DNA of 60,000 bases, from contig OZ076409.1 in the NCBI GenBank assembly GCA_964187785.1, positions 27,840,001-27,900,000 on the forward strand, given 5' to 3'. The translations under genes and the position numbers were made by a program. The notes beneath the pieces are model-generated. The model did no database searches, was not told the origin of the DNA, and saw nothing but the letters and a program-made list of their open reading frames with translations. Source of the DNA: Amphiscolops sp. MND2022 (taxonomy: Eukaryota). Below are positions 1 through 12,185 of the stretch, one piece after another (positions within the stretch are counted from its first letter, which is position 1; each line of letters begins with the position of its first letter).

Positions 1-990
1 TTTCAATCGGAGTCTACTCCCCAACTAATGGCTCATCTGCCTAGTGAACGCGTGACCCCAGCTAGGGCGTTTTCTACCGATGGAATAGGTTTCGCTGGAC
101 GTTTCAATGTCAAGGACAAGAAAAATTCCAAGATCTATATCGCTGTATTCATTTGCCTAGTCACAAAAGCCATTCATTTGGAATTAGTTTCAAGTCCAAC
201 CAAGGAGGATTGCATAATGGCCCTTAAACGGTTCACATCAAGAAAGGAGCCCCTAAGAAAATCATAACAGACAAAGGAAGCAAGTTCATAGGGGCCAGAA
301 ATGATTTCCTTCGAATTCAAGCTCTTCTTAATAAAGAAACCGCTTGATGGTAAACAACTTCTGAGACACTTGGCAGGTCAAGGCACTGAATGGGTTACGA
401 TTCCCCCTCGAGCATCACATTTCGGTGGTATATGGGAAGCCGCTGTAAAGAGTATGAAGAGACATCTGAGACGCATACTCGGGCTTCAAACTTTGAAATA
501 TGAAGAACTAATTCTCCAGCAAATTGAAGCAACCTTAAACTCAAGGCCACTCTTTCCAATGTCCGATGACCCCAATGACTGCCGAACTTTAACGCCCGCA
601 CACTTTATCATGGGAGACTCGCTACTTTCAATAGCCAGAGAAGACATAGTTGTACCTGCAACACAGAGACTAAAACTCCTTGAACGAATTCAACAAGATT
701 TCTGGAAGTCTTGCAGCAGAGACTTCTTTGTGGAACTGCGAATACGAAAGAAATGGTTTCGTACTGGACCTGGTATAAACATGAGCGACCTTGCTTTGGT
801 AGCCGAAGATAACGGAGCCCCACTGGTGTGGAAACTTGCCAGAGTCTCGAAACTCTAAAATGAAATGATGAAATTCCGAGGGTAGCAGAGATCAAAACGT
901 CAAAGAAAACCTTCAATCGACCTACAATTGAACTCAGAATGCTACCGCTAGCTGAATCCATCGTGAAAAGAACCCCCAGTGGTCATTGAG
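1..990 (+). pseudogene. BEL/Pao LTR retrotransposon pol 3' end (integrase core and C-terminal domain), frameshifted
   Basis: ORF fragments with BEL/Pao integrase motifs MAHLPSERV, VFICLVTKAIHLELV, PPRASHFGGIWEAAVKSMKRHL, LNSRPL and LTPAHF. Frames are broken near 267-301 and 858. Confidence 0.9.
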
Positions 991-1201
991 GGAAGAAAAA
1001 GATGGAATATTTTGGTTAATTTCGTCGTTATCTTATGATGAAAAATTATGCCTTCTACTGAACTACTGACAACTTCATATACCATTTCAACTTGTCACAA
1101 GATGCCTTTGACAGCATATACTTCGGTCTTGCAGTTAATGAGTGGTTACTCCTCGGCAAGTTATTAAAGAGAAATGAAGAAAATTGATATACATACCTCT
1201 A

Positions 1202-2190
1202 TCAGAAACTAGAGCCGAATTCTTCCCTTCTGCGGCACCCTAGAGCCAAATACTGATCCGCTCGCCTCATCTGCTCAGTACGCCATCCTTCGATCCTCCT
1301 CTCGCAGCTGTACATCGTGCACACTGATCCAGGCTGCACGTCCGTTCAAACAGAGTGCAAGAAGAGGTACGGGAAGTAGACGGTGCGCCCAGGCTCCCGA
1401 AGAGTCCAAGACACCTGACGGGCCTGCTTCCTAGAGAGACATCACAAAACGTTGATAGCCTCAGAAAAAGACTTTCTTTGTTCTCGTGCAGTTGCATCCA
1501 GCTTCTTCCCTGTTGGTGAAGGCAGACAGAACATCCAAATCTTTCTCCCAGTAACGAGAGTAGAAAAAGAATGTCCTTCCTCAGCAACGTCAACATGGAA
1601 GCCTCTGAAACTAGACTTCTCCACGAGAACCGTGTCACCAAGTCTGTGCAACTATCTCCCTTTCGCTCAATTCCTCCGGATCACAGAACTGCACCCGGTG
1701 GTTTCACTCTCGTGCGGACTCTAGAAGGGGTCTCAACACTGTTTGACAACAGCACACCTCCCTTCCAAGTCTCTAAGACCATCCAACGAATGCAGCTTCC
1801 GCAGAGTCTCATCTTCTGAAGAGAGTGTTGCCAACCGCTCCTGAATGACCACCAATTCTCTAGGATCTTCAAGCACCTGCTTGAACGTCTTTACAGGCAC
1901 TGGAGTCGAGCATGACCACTTAAGCCACTTGAGTAAGATCTCAAATTCCGGCAACTTCCCAGAATCATTGGATCGCAGACCATATCCGTGGCTCTTTGAA
2001 AGGATCCACACGCCGCTTCCTCCCACTCCTCTCCCTCGCATTGTCATTCTCGACAAACTGTGCCGTGAAGTATCTGAAAACATAACTCTATCTTTATTGA
2101 AGGACTTCAACCCGGGGCGACATGTGTTGATGCTTTCTAAAACATTCTTTTGTGATAACTTTTGAATTAACCAATCAGGAATCAACACAT
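1202..2190 (-). pseudogene. Intronless JmjC-domain (Fe(II)/2-oxoglutarate dioxygenase) reading frame with premature stops
   Basis: One minus frame reads SSFRGFHVDVAEEGHSFSTLVTGRKIWMFCLP ... LREPGRTVYFPYLFLHSV*T. HxD at 1597-1589, GxKxW Lys at 1543 and distal His at 1357-1355 match the JmjC pattern. ORF 1733-2188 is in the same frame; terminal TGA at 1204-1202. Confidence 0.75.
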
Positions 2191-2540
2191 GAAGTTACGT
2201 ATGAACAAGTTTGAACTGTTGATTTTCTGCCACGTTTATTCACACTTTCCCACTTTATTTCAAGCGTCAAGTTTGTTTCTACTCTTCTCATTGAATAAAA
2301 ACTGTCTTCTCATTATCAAATTTAATTCAATCATTTCATAAATACAACTCTTCAAACATCAACAGTATAACTTTTTTTTGGTAAAGTTCGCTTTTGCCAA
2401 ATGCTCGGGATCAACATATTGTTCAATAAAAATTGCAGTAAAGAATATGGGCTACTGGCAAAATGGATCAGAAGTTGAATAAAGGTAGGCTGATATAAAC
2501 TACAACTAGGCTATTTAGGGTTAAGACTTAGTTCTTGTCT

Positions 2541-3100
2541 TTTTTAGTCGGCGCTTTTCCATTAAGGGAAAAATGCCCGACTATAGCAGTGACTTTTTTT
2601 CAGACTACAATCCTCACATTGATCGGTCCACTTTTTAGAAACAATCCTGAAACCACCTAAGGCGCCCAGTCCGGCAAAGGGGCCAAGGCAAACTTAGTGC
2701 AAAGGGTCCCCCTTTCATTTTTTACTTTTTCAAGGTAACCTACAAAACCGGCCGAGGCTAAAGGGTCCCCCCTTTCGAATTTTTTAAAAGTTTTTTTCGG
2801 CACTGTGCGACTTTTTTTCGAAAATTTTTTTGTCTCCAAAGGGTCCCCCCTATCATTTTTTGCTTTTTTTAACGTAACCTACAAAACCGGCCGAGGCTAA
2901 AGGGTCCCCCCTTTTGATTTTTTTTCGGCACTGTGCGACTTCGAAATTTTTTAGTCTCTAAAGGGTCCCCTTCAATTTATTTTGATATTTTGCAACAAAG
3001 TGGACTTTCAAAAAGCCAAAAGGGTCCCCCTTTTACAATTTTAAAAACTGCGCTTTTTGAGCCTTAGATATAGCGCCGACTTTAGACGTTCCCGTCTTGT
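2541..3100 (+). mobile_element. Non-autonomous Helentron/DINE-1-like element (HINE), copy 1
   Basis: 5' TTTTTAGTCGGCGCT with adjacent partial inverted repeat; 3' subterminal AGCGCCGACT (3072-3081), hairpin AGACG-ttcc-CGTCT and terminal TGT; internal AAAGGGTCCCCC repeats; T-rich flanks with no TSD; several copies in the window. Confidence 0.75.
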
Positions 3101-3497
3101 TATTAATTAAATAAATATTGGTTTAAATAACGGAAAAAGCCTTTGTCATAACCGAAATTTGATTCACATCATTTCTGGGTTCTTTGAACATTTCTACGGA
3201 AGCTGAATTGTTATGGAATCCGTGAATGGGATTTTTCTCTAGACCTATTTGTCGATCCGCTTAGCTAATTTTGATTGGCTACTCAAGTCATTAGCTAGTT
3301 TATTTAATTCTCGTGCGATGAAGCGAACAATTATTCATTCGTATCCCTTTCATCGAGATCAAGCAAATGAGTGTTGATTATTCGTACGCCGAAAGTTTCT
3401 GATACATTCAAATACGTGTGCGAACTTGGTAGTTTTATTTCCTTTAGTCCGAGAAGAGCCAAATGTGTTGTAAAGTGGCACAATTGTTAATTGTGCT

Positions 3498-4311
3498 CAG
3501 GGTTACCAACTGGTCGGATTTCTCCGAATAGTCGGAATTGGTCGGAATAATTTCCAAAGTCGGAAATTCAGCCTAGTTCAGAAATCCTTAACTTCTCAGG
3601 CTTGAAAAAGTGCGCAGTATGATGTTTACTTGATTTCACTTCACATCATCAGTGATTTTTACTTTCGTGAATCATTGTACCTAGTGGACTTTCGTTTTCC
3701 AGATTTTGGAAGTGGGCAAGTGTAGTTGGACTTCGGAAATGCAGACTTCGTTTTTAATTTTCCAGCATTGGGGAAACTTGTGAACATATCAATCATTCTT
3801 TGTCCGCATATGACCGTTGAAAGCAGCTTTTCTCCTTTTCAATCAAACTTTAATGCTGACCTCTGTGACTCCAATAGAATCGTCAGAGATTTTTTCAATA
3901 AAGAAATTTTTAAAACTTTCGCAATGCCTTCACGACCTTATTGCGAAAGCTGCATCATAATACAAAAAGGACATGTCTGAAAAGGCAGGCAACAACGGCT
4001 CCCTGGCCGTTGGTGTGTGCGTCGGACTCACCGATAATCAGCAAAAAAGACAATTGCGAAGTGTGGATAAATTCATCAGTGACATGGAAAAACAACTCCA
4101 AGAGCTATAAGCCGAACGCAAGAGGTTTAGCGAACAATTTGCGTCTTCTCAAACTCGCAATGACGCGACTTCATCAGCTGTTATTGATTCAATATTCAAT
4201 AGATGAGTTTGAACTCCAATTGTGGTTTTTTCTAAGCACTTAATGACTTAAATAATTGTTTTTAATTGAATTTCATGTCGGATTTTTTTGGAAAAATAGT
4301 TGGTCATCCTG
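3498..4311. mobile_element. hAT-like non-autonomous DNA transposon
   Basis: Imperfect 14-bp TIRs CAGGGTTACCAACT / AGTTGGTCATCCTG, subterminal GTCGGA repeats, and 8-bp flanks ATTGTGCT / ATTGTGCG (7/8 match). Confidence 0.7.
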
Positions 4312-4907
4312 ATTGTGCGCTATAGACACAGAACCGTCTCGGTAAAGCGAAGTATTGTAAATAGAAAAACAACATGCAGTCTAAAAAAAGTAACAAAGGC
4401 GGACAAAGAGACTTAACAGCAAATACATGTAAAGCGTTCATTCAAGCTACCATTTCGTTCACTTTTAGTTAAGAATTGCTGTCACGCTAATCGATTTCTA
4501 TTGGTTGTTCATTTAACATCTGATATGCTTCACTGAACGCGGACACGGTGTAAGTAAATCAATTATACGCGCGGCTTCGCCATACTTCTTCCGGTTTTTG
4601 CGCCAAAATCTTGCACGCCTCGTGTCTCTGGCCGCATTTCAGCATGTTTGAAAACGTGCTAGCTCTGACCCATATCTTCATACCAGTGGGATAACGTGAC
4701 CACAAACGGAAATTGGAAAAACCAAAAATCTGCACTCAGTTTTTTTTTGTTTCTGAGACATCAGGTCAATATTTCCTGGAAAGGCGTGCAATGCCATTTA
4801 ATTTCGTCTGATCACGACACTTGCGATAAGCAAGTGTTATGGGAAAGTGCGGGTGCTTTTTTTCCGGGCGACAACTCTCATTTCAGCCCGCAAGTCGCAT
4901 AGTTCAG

Positions 4908-4979
4908 GCGTTCGTGGTCTAGTGGTAAGATGCTTGCTTTTCAACCCAGAGGGTTCGTGTTCGAGCCCGTGCGTATGCC
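4908..4979 (+). pseudogene. tRNA-like sequence (Gly-like, degenerate) embedded in repeat DNA
   Basis: A box TGGTCTAGTGG, B box GTTCGAGCCC, acceptor GCGTTCG/CGTATGC (6/7 pairs incl. G-T), T-run at 4983-4990. Anticodon and T stems pair poorly. Confidence 0.55.
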
Positions 4980-4989
4980 CTATTTTTTT

Positions 4990-5640
4990 TACAAGTATTC
5001 CGAAGCAGAAGATTCTCACTTTTCGGACTATGCGATGTTCCCCTTTTTCGACTTTGACTTTTTCGAAAATTTTTAAATGTCCCCAAGGGTCCTCCCTTCA
5101 ATTTGTTTGATATTTTGCAACAGAACGAATAATATAAAAATCCCAAAGGGTTCCTTCTTTGGATTTTTTGGCACTATGAGACTGTTAATATTTCTCATTT
5201 TTTGGTTTTCGAAAGTTTTTTGAGGACTTGAAAGGGTCCTTCCAATTTTTTGAAATTTTGCAACAGAATGAATGTTGAAAAATCTCAATTGCCTCCCCTT
5301 CACAGTTTTCGGCTTTATGCGATTTTTCAAAAGGAATAATTTTCGTCATGAAATTAGGTTTTCTCAGGCCCAGCACGCTATATCCGATTTTGTCTTTTCT
5401 AAAAGACCGGTGTTTTTTCCATGCGACTTTTTTTTAAATTTGTTTTCACCGAAGCCCCTCGTCAAGTTTTGCTAGAAACGAAACGTTTTGCGAGCTTTAA
5501 GGACTCCTCAAGTTCTCGGCACTATGCGACTTCCCGGAGACCATCAAAAAAATTTTGAAAAGTTTTCCGTTGAGAAAGATGTGTTTTTTGCTGTTTCCAG
5601 TTGGGGAAGAATGGTTTAATGTCCTTTTACCCTTGGTGTT
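4990..5640 (+). repeat. Longer relative of the HINE family (internal region)
   Basis: Shares AAGGGTCC...TTCAATTT..TTGATATTTTGCAACA and GGCACTATGCGACT motifs with 2541-3100. GGCCCAGCACGCTATATCCGA (5367-5387) recurs inverted at 57691-57711 and, imperfectly, near 34490-34510. Confidence 0.55.
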
Positions 5641-6262
5641 TGCGAAGCACGGCTTCGCCTCTGTGTCAAATTCTAGAGTTTTCTTTACCATACGGTCAGC
5701 TGGCTCCTTCAGAAACTAACTGGTAGGAATTGGACCCTATCGTCCATTTAGAGTTAAAAGGAGTGTATAGTTATTCCACATATTTATCAATCAGCCAAAG
5801 TAATTTTGAGAAGGAATTTCAAACATATTTTCAGTTGAAATAGTTGATTTTCTTTTTCGATTACCAGAAGTTAACTTCAATAGAAATGTTGCTTTTTGTC
5901 GGAACAAATTACTTTGAACACATTTTGACTATGAATATGATCGATTCAACGTTTTTGTGACTCAAAACTTAAACTGTTGATTTCTGAATCAAGGATGCTT
6001 GGCTCTATCGGGAGAAAGTCTGAACGAAAATTATATCACAACGCCAAATTGTTAATCTAAACAGGTTAGAAATTCTAAATGTGGGAAACCCATTTCTGCA
6101 ATTATGGCAGTTAAGTGCGGTGACGGAATGTAAGATACATATCGCGCAAAAAGTGTGACACGCCGATGTGAGTCTGTTCTCCTAAGCTAGTCATATTAAT
6201 GCAAATGTTTCAGCATCAACAATGACCATTTGTGCATTTATGACGTAGGTACCTGTGTTTAG

Positions 6263-6505
6263 GAGTACTTGTGCATTCTGGCACCCGCAGCTGAGGTGAA
6301 GTTCATCACAGCCAAAGACGCGAGTGGCAGAGGGGCGGCTTTGGTGGCTGCCACTTCGTGCAGACTCAAGTCTCAGACGAGCTCACCCACCATGGCGCGC
6401 AAGGCCTCCGCCACCAAAGCGCCCTCTCCCAAACCAACCGTTGACAGCAACAACTCAACTTCTCCTACCGCACCCTCTGTCAAAGTCACTGCTGCCCAAA
6501 ACTGA
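6263..6505 (+). CDS. HK: Hexokinase, terminal coding exon (upstream exons outside the window)
   Basis: Acceptor gtgtttAG at 6261-6262, then EYLCILAPAAEVKFITAKDASGRGAALVAA, matching the hexokinase C-terminal LAP..V.F...EDGSGxGAAL motif. Stop at 6503-6505; AATAAA at 7057-7062. Confidence 0.8.
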   Translation, partial: EYLCILAPAAEVKFITAKDASGRGAALVAATSCRLKSQTSSPTMARKASATKAPSPKPTVDSNNSTSPTAPSVKVTAAQN

Positions 6506-9500
6506 GCAGCTCTCATGACGTCACCATGCTCAATGACGTCATGATGTGTGATGGCGATAATGATTATGATGATGAAAATTAAAAACGGCTGATGTGTAAT
6601 TTCTTTATAGCACGCTGCGGAGAATGAAAAAGTTTGAAGGTGACCGATTACGGGATTTTCTACTTAGTATGATGCTGATAAGTGATACTTCTTCCTCTGT
6701 GCTGAAGTTTTCACAACTCTTGTATTGTAAATCTTTGATATTGAATTTCACATTTATCCATTACACTTGAATTGAGGGTTATTTCACTGGTAGATAGATG
6801 TTTGCTCTACCTTCTAATTCCAACTTCCACCCGTTCGAGCTACTTATAATCTGATTGCAGTCGTTTAAAAATTGGCTCGATTTTTTTAAAACAGTGGACC
6901 CTGGCTGGTCTTGGGTTGGGAAGAAGTACTGCGAGTTTCAATCTCGAAACCCCCGAACAATAACATTATTTGAAAATGATAGCTTCTAGTTTGTGTGCCC
7001 CTTTTCACACCTGTTTGTTGGCTGCTGATCTGGGCTGATGTTACTCCAATCTATACAATAAAGCTTTGTTAATATCTCAACAATTTATAAGTACCCAACA
7101 ATGCCGCAACTGATCAAATTTGTATGCACCATATTCGAAATAGTTTGTTGACGTTTTATCTGCAAAATTAGAGTAAGCTGTTCTGCATACCGTAGTACCT
7201 TCCGTGCACTTTTATACCAATTTGACACTAAAGGTATGTGTTGTTCAATCAATGCTTTCAGTTGAATGTACGTACTTGGAACGTAACTTCACAACCAGAA
7301 GTATGTAAATCTGTCTGATTAGTTTCTCATATGTCCTCTCACCTGAAGAATAATTGAGTAGATGGCGCTAGCAAGCATTTCAAACATCCACTCCTAGCGT
7401 TGCAATACCACCCCTGGAACGGGATATGTATGGGCTCGCCGCCACAGCCCCATCAAATTGATGAAATTGTATTTCCAAATTAATTATCTTAACACGTTTT
7501 GTTTTCTGCATACTTTTAGAACTCTAAATATGAGAAGCAATACATTGAAAGGGGTTGAATTAGCGAGTTTAGCTTCAAGGAAAATAAGATGGAGAGTTGT
7601 CACTATCGTATCGAGCTATAAACACAATAATTGTATTTAAATTGCAATACAAATTGTTTTTCAAACAAATCACGGAAGTGTCCATTCCGCTAAAATTAAG
7701 GAGAAAACTGCAAGAGAAAAAAAGGTTCTGTACATTCTTGAAGAATGAAGATTTTTTCTACAATTCCGAGAGGCCGACGCCGAATAATCAGTTACACTAT
7801 TGCTACGTACCATTGACAGGTGGTTGAACAAAGGTCGACTTGAAGCTGTTTCACAGTGACTTGTTCGCCGTCACAAACCCCTGGATGCTCTTTTTATTTG
7901 TTTTTTGCGCGCGTTTGCCATGACCATACCCCCTAAGCGCTCAAAGCCAAGAAATGGAGTTGAGAAATTTAAATCGGATACCTCCCCGACGCAACGAATT
8001 TCTCACATCAGCAGACCTTTTTGAATCTTTCCTACTATTTTGCATATGCTGGAATATTCAATTGAGTCAGGTGCACTTTCTGTAGTCAACGCTGTATTGA
8101 ATTGAGGCCGAATGAATAGTGGGATTTAGTTTCAATCCACACGAAGTGGTCAAATTATACCAAAGATTGTACAGATTGCATTGAAAGGCAAAATCGTGGA
8201 AGGCTAACAGTGATCTGGCTTCTGGAACTTACTCTACTGACAGTTGCAGAAGCTTGGCTCCTCAAATATCAGTTTAAAACTGCTGCGTTCTTCACGCGCA
8301 TTGTAATGAAAACCTAATAATTCGAGGCCATAAATTAAAAAGGTTCGGAAGCAGAAAGCATTTGCCTTGAAACCCAGTAAGTTCCGGAAATATCAAGTAT
8401 CAGCAATATCATAAAATAACCCGCATTTCAAATATTTGTCATTCTCCGCCCCCACAAATTTATCTGTGTATAGGGGAGGAAAATCAAAATTGCGTTGTAA
8501 GGAGGAAGCCTAAGTTCGAAGATACAGTGCAATCTCCGAATTTTTGACGCTGTATCCGAACTATATTGGGTTTTACCAAAGAGGAGGTAACTTTCCGATT
8601 AGGCGTCTATTGTTAGCCAATTGAAGGCGGAAAATATCGCGGTGCATAGCGGGTGTCTTGTTTGTTTTATCACGTGCAAGGTGGGAATTCGAAACTAATA
8701 AAAAGCCGAGGACCGAAAAATTTTTGAAATATAATCTTAGAATTGCATGTACATAGTATAGATTTCGGATATGAGCTATAGTCATAGTTTAAATGTCGAG
8801 GTTTTGAAGTAGTTATGAGGATACTAGCTGCGTCGTGGTGCCTTATGTCGCTTACTGTTACAAAGATTTTCGACATTGAAAAAGGTTCGTTTTTTAATAA
8901 TTTTTTCTATTACATTTAGTTGTATCTCGTTCCTGTTGGCGTACTACCGATGCAAAGTTTAATAGGCTTAGAAAGTCATTTAGGAGTAAACTATCTGTAT
9001 TTGACTTTTCAGAACAGACCTGAATTTTTTCGGATAATTTTGACCAGTCTTTATTTTCACTTCCTTTATATCAGCGCTTTAGAAAGCATTCACTGGCAGT
9101 AGCATTTGGAATTGGAGCATTTTTGTGACGCTTTTGATGTTGAAATATTTAGATTTTCTTCCTGAAAAGTGGTTTTTTCTTTTATTGATTTTTCTGCTTA
9201 AGTTGAAATGTTCTAGAAGCCGTAAATGTGATCTTTTTTCCCAGATTTAATTCTCGACCTGGTTTGTTTGCCAATTTTAGTACCAATGAGGCAGCGCTTA
9301 TCATAGTGTTTAGCCAGTGTATTCAATTGCAAGCAAAAAAAGTAAAAAAAAATTCCTACGCCGAGTTCATTGAGATTGATAGTTAATACGAAAGTTAATA
9401 ATTCTTTTGCCGAGAGCAAAAACCAAGGCAAACGTACTGGTTATCTTCTCAAGTCCGAGAAAAATGAATGGCGTTGTTGTGATATTCCTCTCCTGTACGG

Positions 9501-9993
9501 TCCTCATTTATGATTATGGTATCGTCTAAATCAAAGTTTTGGATGGAAATTGGTTGTACTGGAGATCTAATTTCGATTGTTCCTGATGGCTATATAGGAT
9601 TATCATGTATTTAGTTTTCTTGAATTTCGGTATCAGAAGCGTTTGTTTCACCGTCGTTGTTGTTTATGAATTTTGGTGTTCAACTCTAGATGTCGTTTAT
9701 TCATTGATTTTTCTGCTAGAAACTGACTGTGTTCTTCTACTGATTTTCACTTCTCTCATCATCTTTTCTAGCATTTCATTTCTTTTTTTATTTCAGCCAT
9801 TTCTCTTTGTATTATCAGTTACTCTTCGTGTCCACACCTGCATCTCATTCTCGTTTTATGTAGTCAAATAAAACTGCTTCTCTATTCCTAACTGAACTAA
9901 CATTATCAAAATTAATAAGAGTTTCTATCATAGTTTCAAAAATAGCCCATTTCTCTTTCAAGTGAGGTTGATTGTGCTCGTCTAGATCTTCTA

Positions 9994-10493
9994 TTTTTAG
10001 TCGGCGCGTTTTCCTTTTAAGGAAAAATGCCCGACTATAGCAGTGACCTTTTTTTTTCTTCAGCCTCACACTGATCGGTCCACTTTTTAGAAACAATCCT
10101 GAAACCACCCAAGGGGCCCAGTCCGGCAAAGAGGCCAAGGCAAATTTAGTGCAAACCTTTTTCAAGGTAACCTACAAAACCGGACGGGACTACAGAGTCC
10201 CCCTTTCGATTTTTTCGATTTTTTTTCGACACTGTGCGACTTTTTTTCGAAAATTTTTTTGTCTCCAAAGGGTCCCCCCTTTCATTTTGTACTTTTTTAA
10301 CGTAATCTACAAAACCGTCCGAGGCTAAAGGGTCCCCCCTTTCGATTTTTTTCTGCACTGTGCGACATTTTCCTTAAAATTTTTTTTTCGAAAATTTCAA
10401 GTTTTTTTTGAAAATTTTATATTTTTTTGAAAAAAATGTTTTGCGCTTTTTGAGCCTTAGATATAGCGCCGACTTTGGACGTTCTCGTCTTGT
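9994..10493 (+). mobile_element. HINE copy 2
   Basis: Same termini as copy 1 (TTTTTAGTCGGCGC ... AGCGCCGACTTTGGACGTTCTCGTCTTGT); inserted in a T run. Confidence 0.75.
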
Positions 10494-11968
10494 TTTGTTT
10501 CCCATCTCAGTTAGGCTAAAACGATGTTTTATTGGAGAGAAGAAATTCAGTTAAGTTGGAAGATCAAATGTAGTAGAGTTGGAAAGAAAGTTGAAAAAAT
10601 TATTCATAATATCAGATCAACAAGATAAAATAAAGCTTGCGATGAGATAAACTGCGGAATTTTATTTCCAAAGAGATAAGAAAAGTAGGTATGAACGAAT
10701 TGGCAGTTTTCGAGTAATGAATTTTTATGGGTTTTTTGACTCTCCTATTTCTCGGGGTTTTTTTGCAACATGACCGCCATTTTTCAGAAAATCATCCTTA
10801 CATCATTATTACGTAACTTATAAAAATAACGCCCCGTTTGTTTACTCGTTTTAAAAATAGATTCTTACTTGACATTATATTTATAAATAGAATCATGCAT
10901 GACGTAATCAACTGCTTTCTGATTGACCACAGTGTATAACGTACCGTTAGCAAAATCATAATGGTTTATGTACGTAGTACACTTTATGACTCATTTCTAT
11001 CACTTATTGTATAATACTGGATGAATATTATTCAGATACGTAAGAGTCATGATACCAAAAGTCACATTTGATATATTGAAGGAATGAAATTAATCTGCAT
11101 TATGCTGCAAACCTGATACGGTAGTTGAATCAAATAATTAAGTTCAGAATGCTTCACTACTGTATGGGAACTGCGCATAATTTACACACTTCACGACTAA
11201 ACTTTTAGAGTAGCATCACAGGTTTAATGAATCGCCAATTGGCACTACCCAGACATTTACATGTAAACTAGCTTCACTGACAAAGTTTGTTTAGTATTAA
11301 CAGTGTACAAGTCACATCATTGCTGTTATTAAAACATCATAACTAAATTTACATAACACAAGTTTTATCAAAGCAATAAGTTTTTGAACTGATATTTAAA
11401 GACAGTTTGAAGCATTTGCCATCAATGTTGTACAACGGCTGCGACAGTTGTAAACTGGTACATAAAGTAATTGCGCGCTTCTTCGAACGTGTTCTTCTTT
11501 CTTTTTTCAACTTTCTCATATTAATTGCCATACTCAATGAAAGTCCAGGTCTACTTATTCTTGTTTTCAGATACCAAACCCGCGTTTTTTGATCATAAAG
11601 GCTTCCCCTAAAAGGATTGTTAAGATGCTTTGAAGTACTCTGTGGTTTTTAGGCTTTAAGCGTGTGTCGATCCATGCCGTCAAAAAAAATCTGCCAACAA
11701 ACATCGCTTGGGTGTTTTGAGAAGTTTTCGAAACTAGTTTTCTCAGTTTGAAGCTTATATATTAAGTCAGGGACACTTCGTGTGTCAAATATTCTGAGAT
11801 GTTGCCGATGCAAATTACCTTGAAAATTGTCCAAAAATGCGTCTATAAGTATCACCATCAAGACCTCTTTAGTTTAATTTAATTTAGTCGAGGTTGATTT
11901 GTTTTGTTGCATTGTAAAGTTGTTTTTCCTGTTTCTGTGAAACTATAGCTGCTCTCAGAATCATTTAG

Positions 11969-12185
11969 AAAACGAATCATTTAGATACATTGTAATCGAA
12001 GGAAAAAGGTAAACTAGTAACTGTAAAATTCGAACACATTGCTAACAAAATGCGCACACTGGAAATAGGACCTTAGGCTAAGGTCCTATTTTGAGTGTGT
12101 GCATTTTGTTAGCCATGTGTTCGAATTTTACAGTTACTAGTTTACCTTTTTCCTTCGATTACAATGTATCTAAGTGATTCGTTTT
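11969..12185. repeat. 217-bp near-perfect palindrome (foldback) with 1-nt spacer
   Basis: 108-bp arms centred on 12077 (GGACCTTAG-g-CTAAGGTCC) with only a few mismatches. Confidence 0.92.

Noticed and set aside
2657..2839. Short Lys/Phe-rich ORFs in HINE copies (also 5073-5376, 10146-10358)
   Set aside because: Chance frames in non-coding repeats.
8595..8700. CCAAT and E2F-like motifs suggesting a promoter (similar at 4495-4610)
   Set aside because: No linked gene start identified; short motifs are expected by chance.
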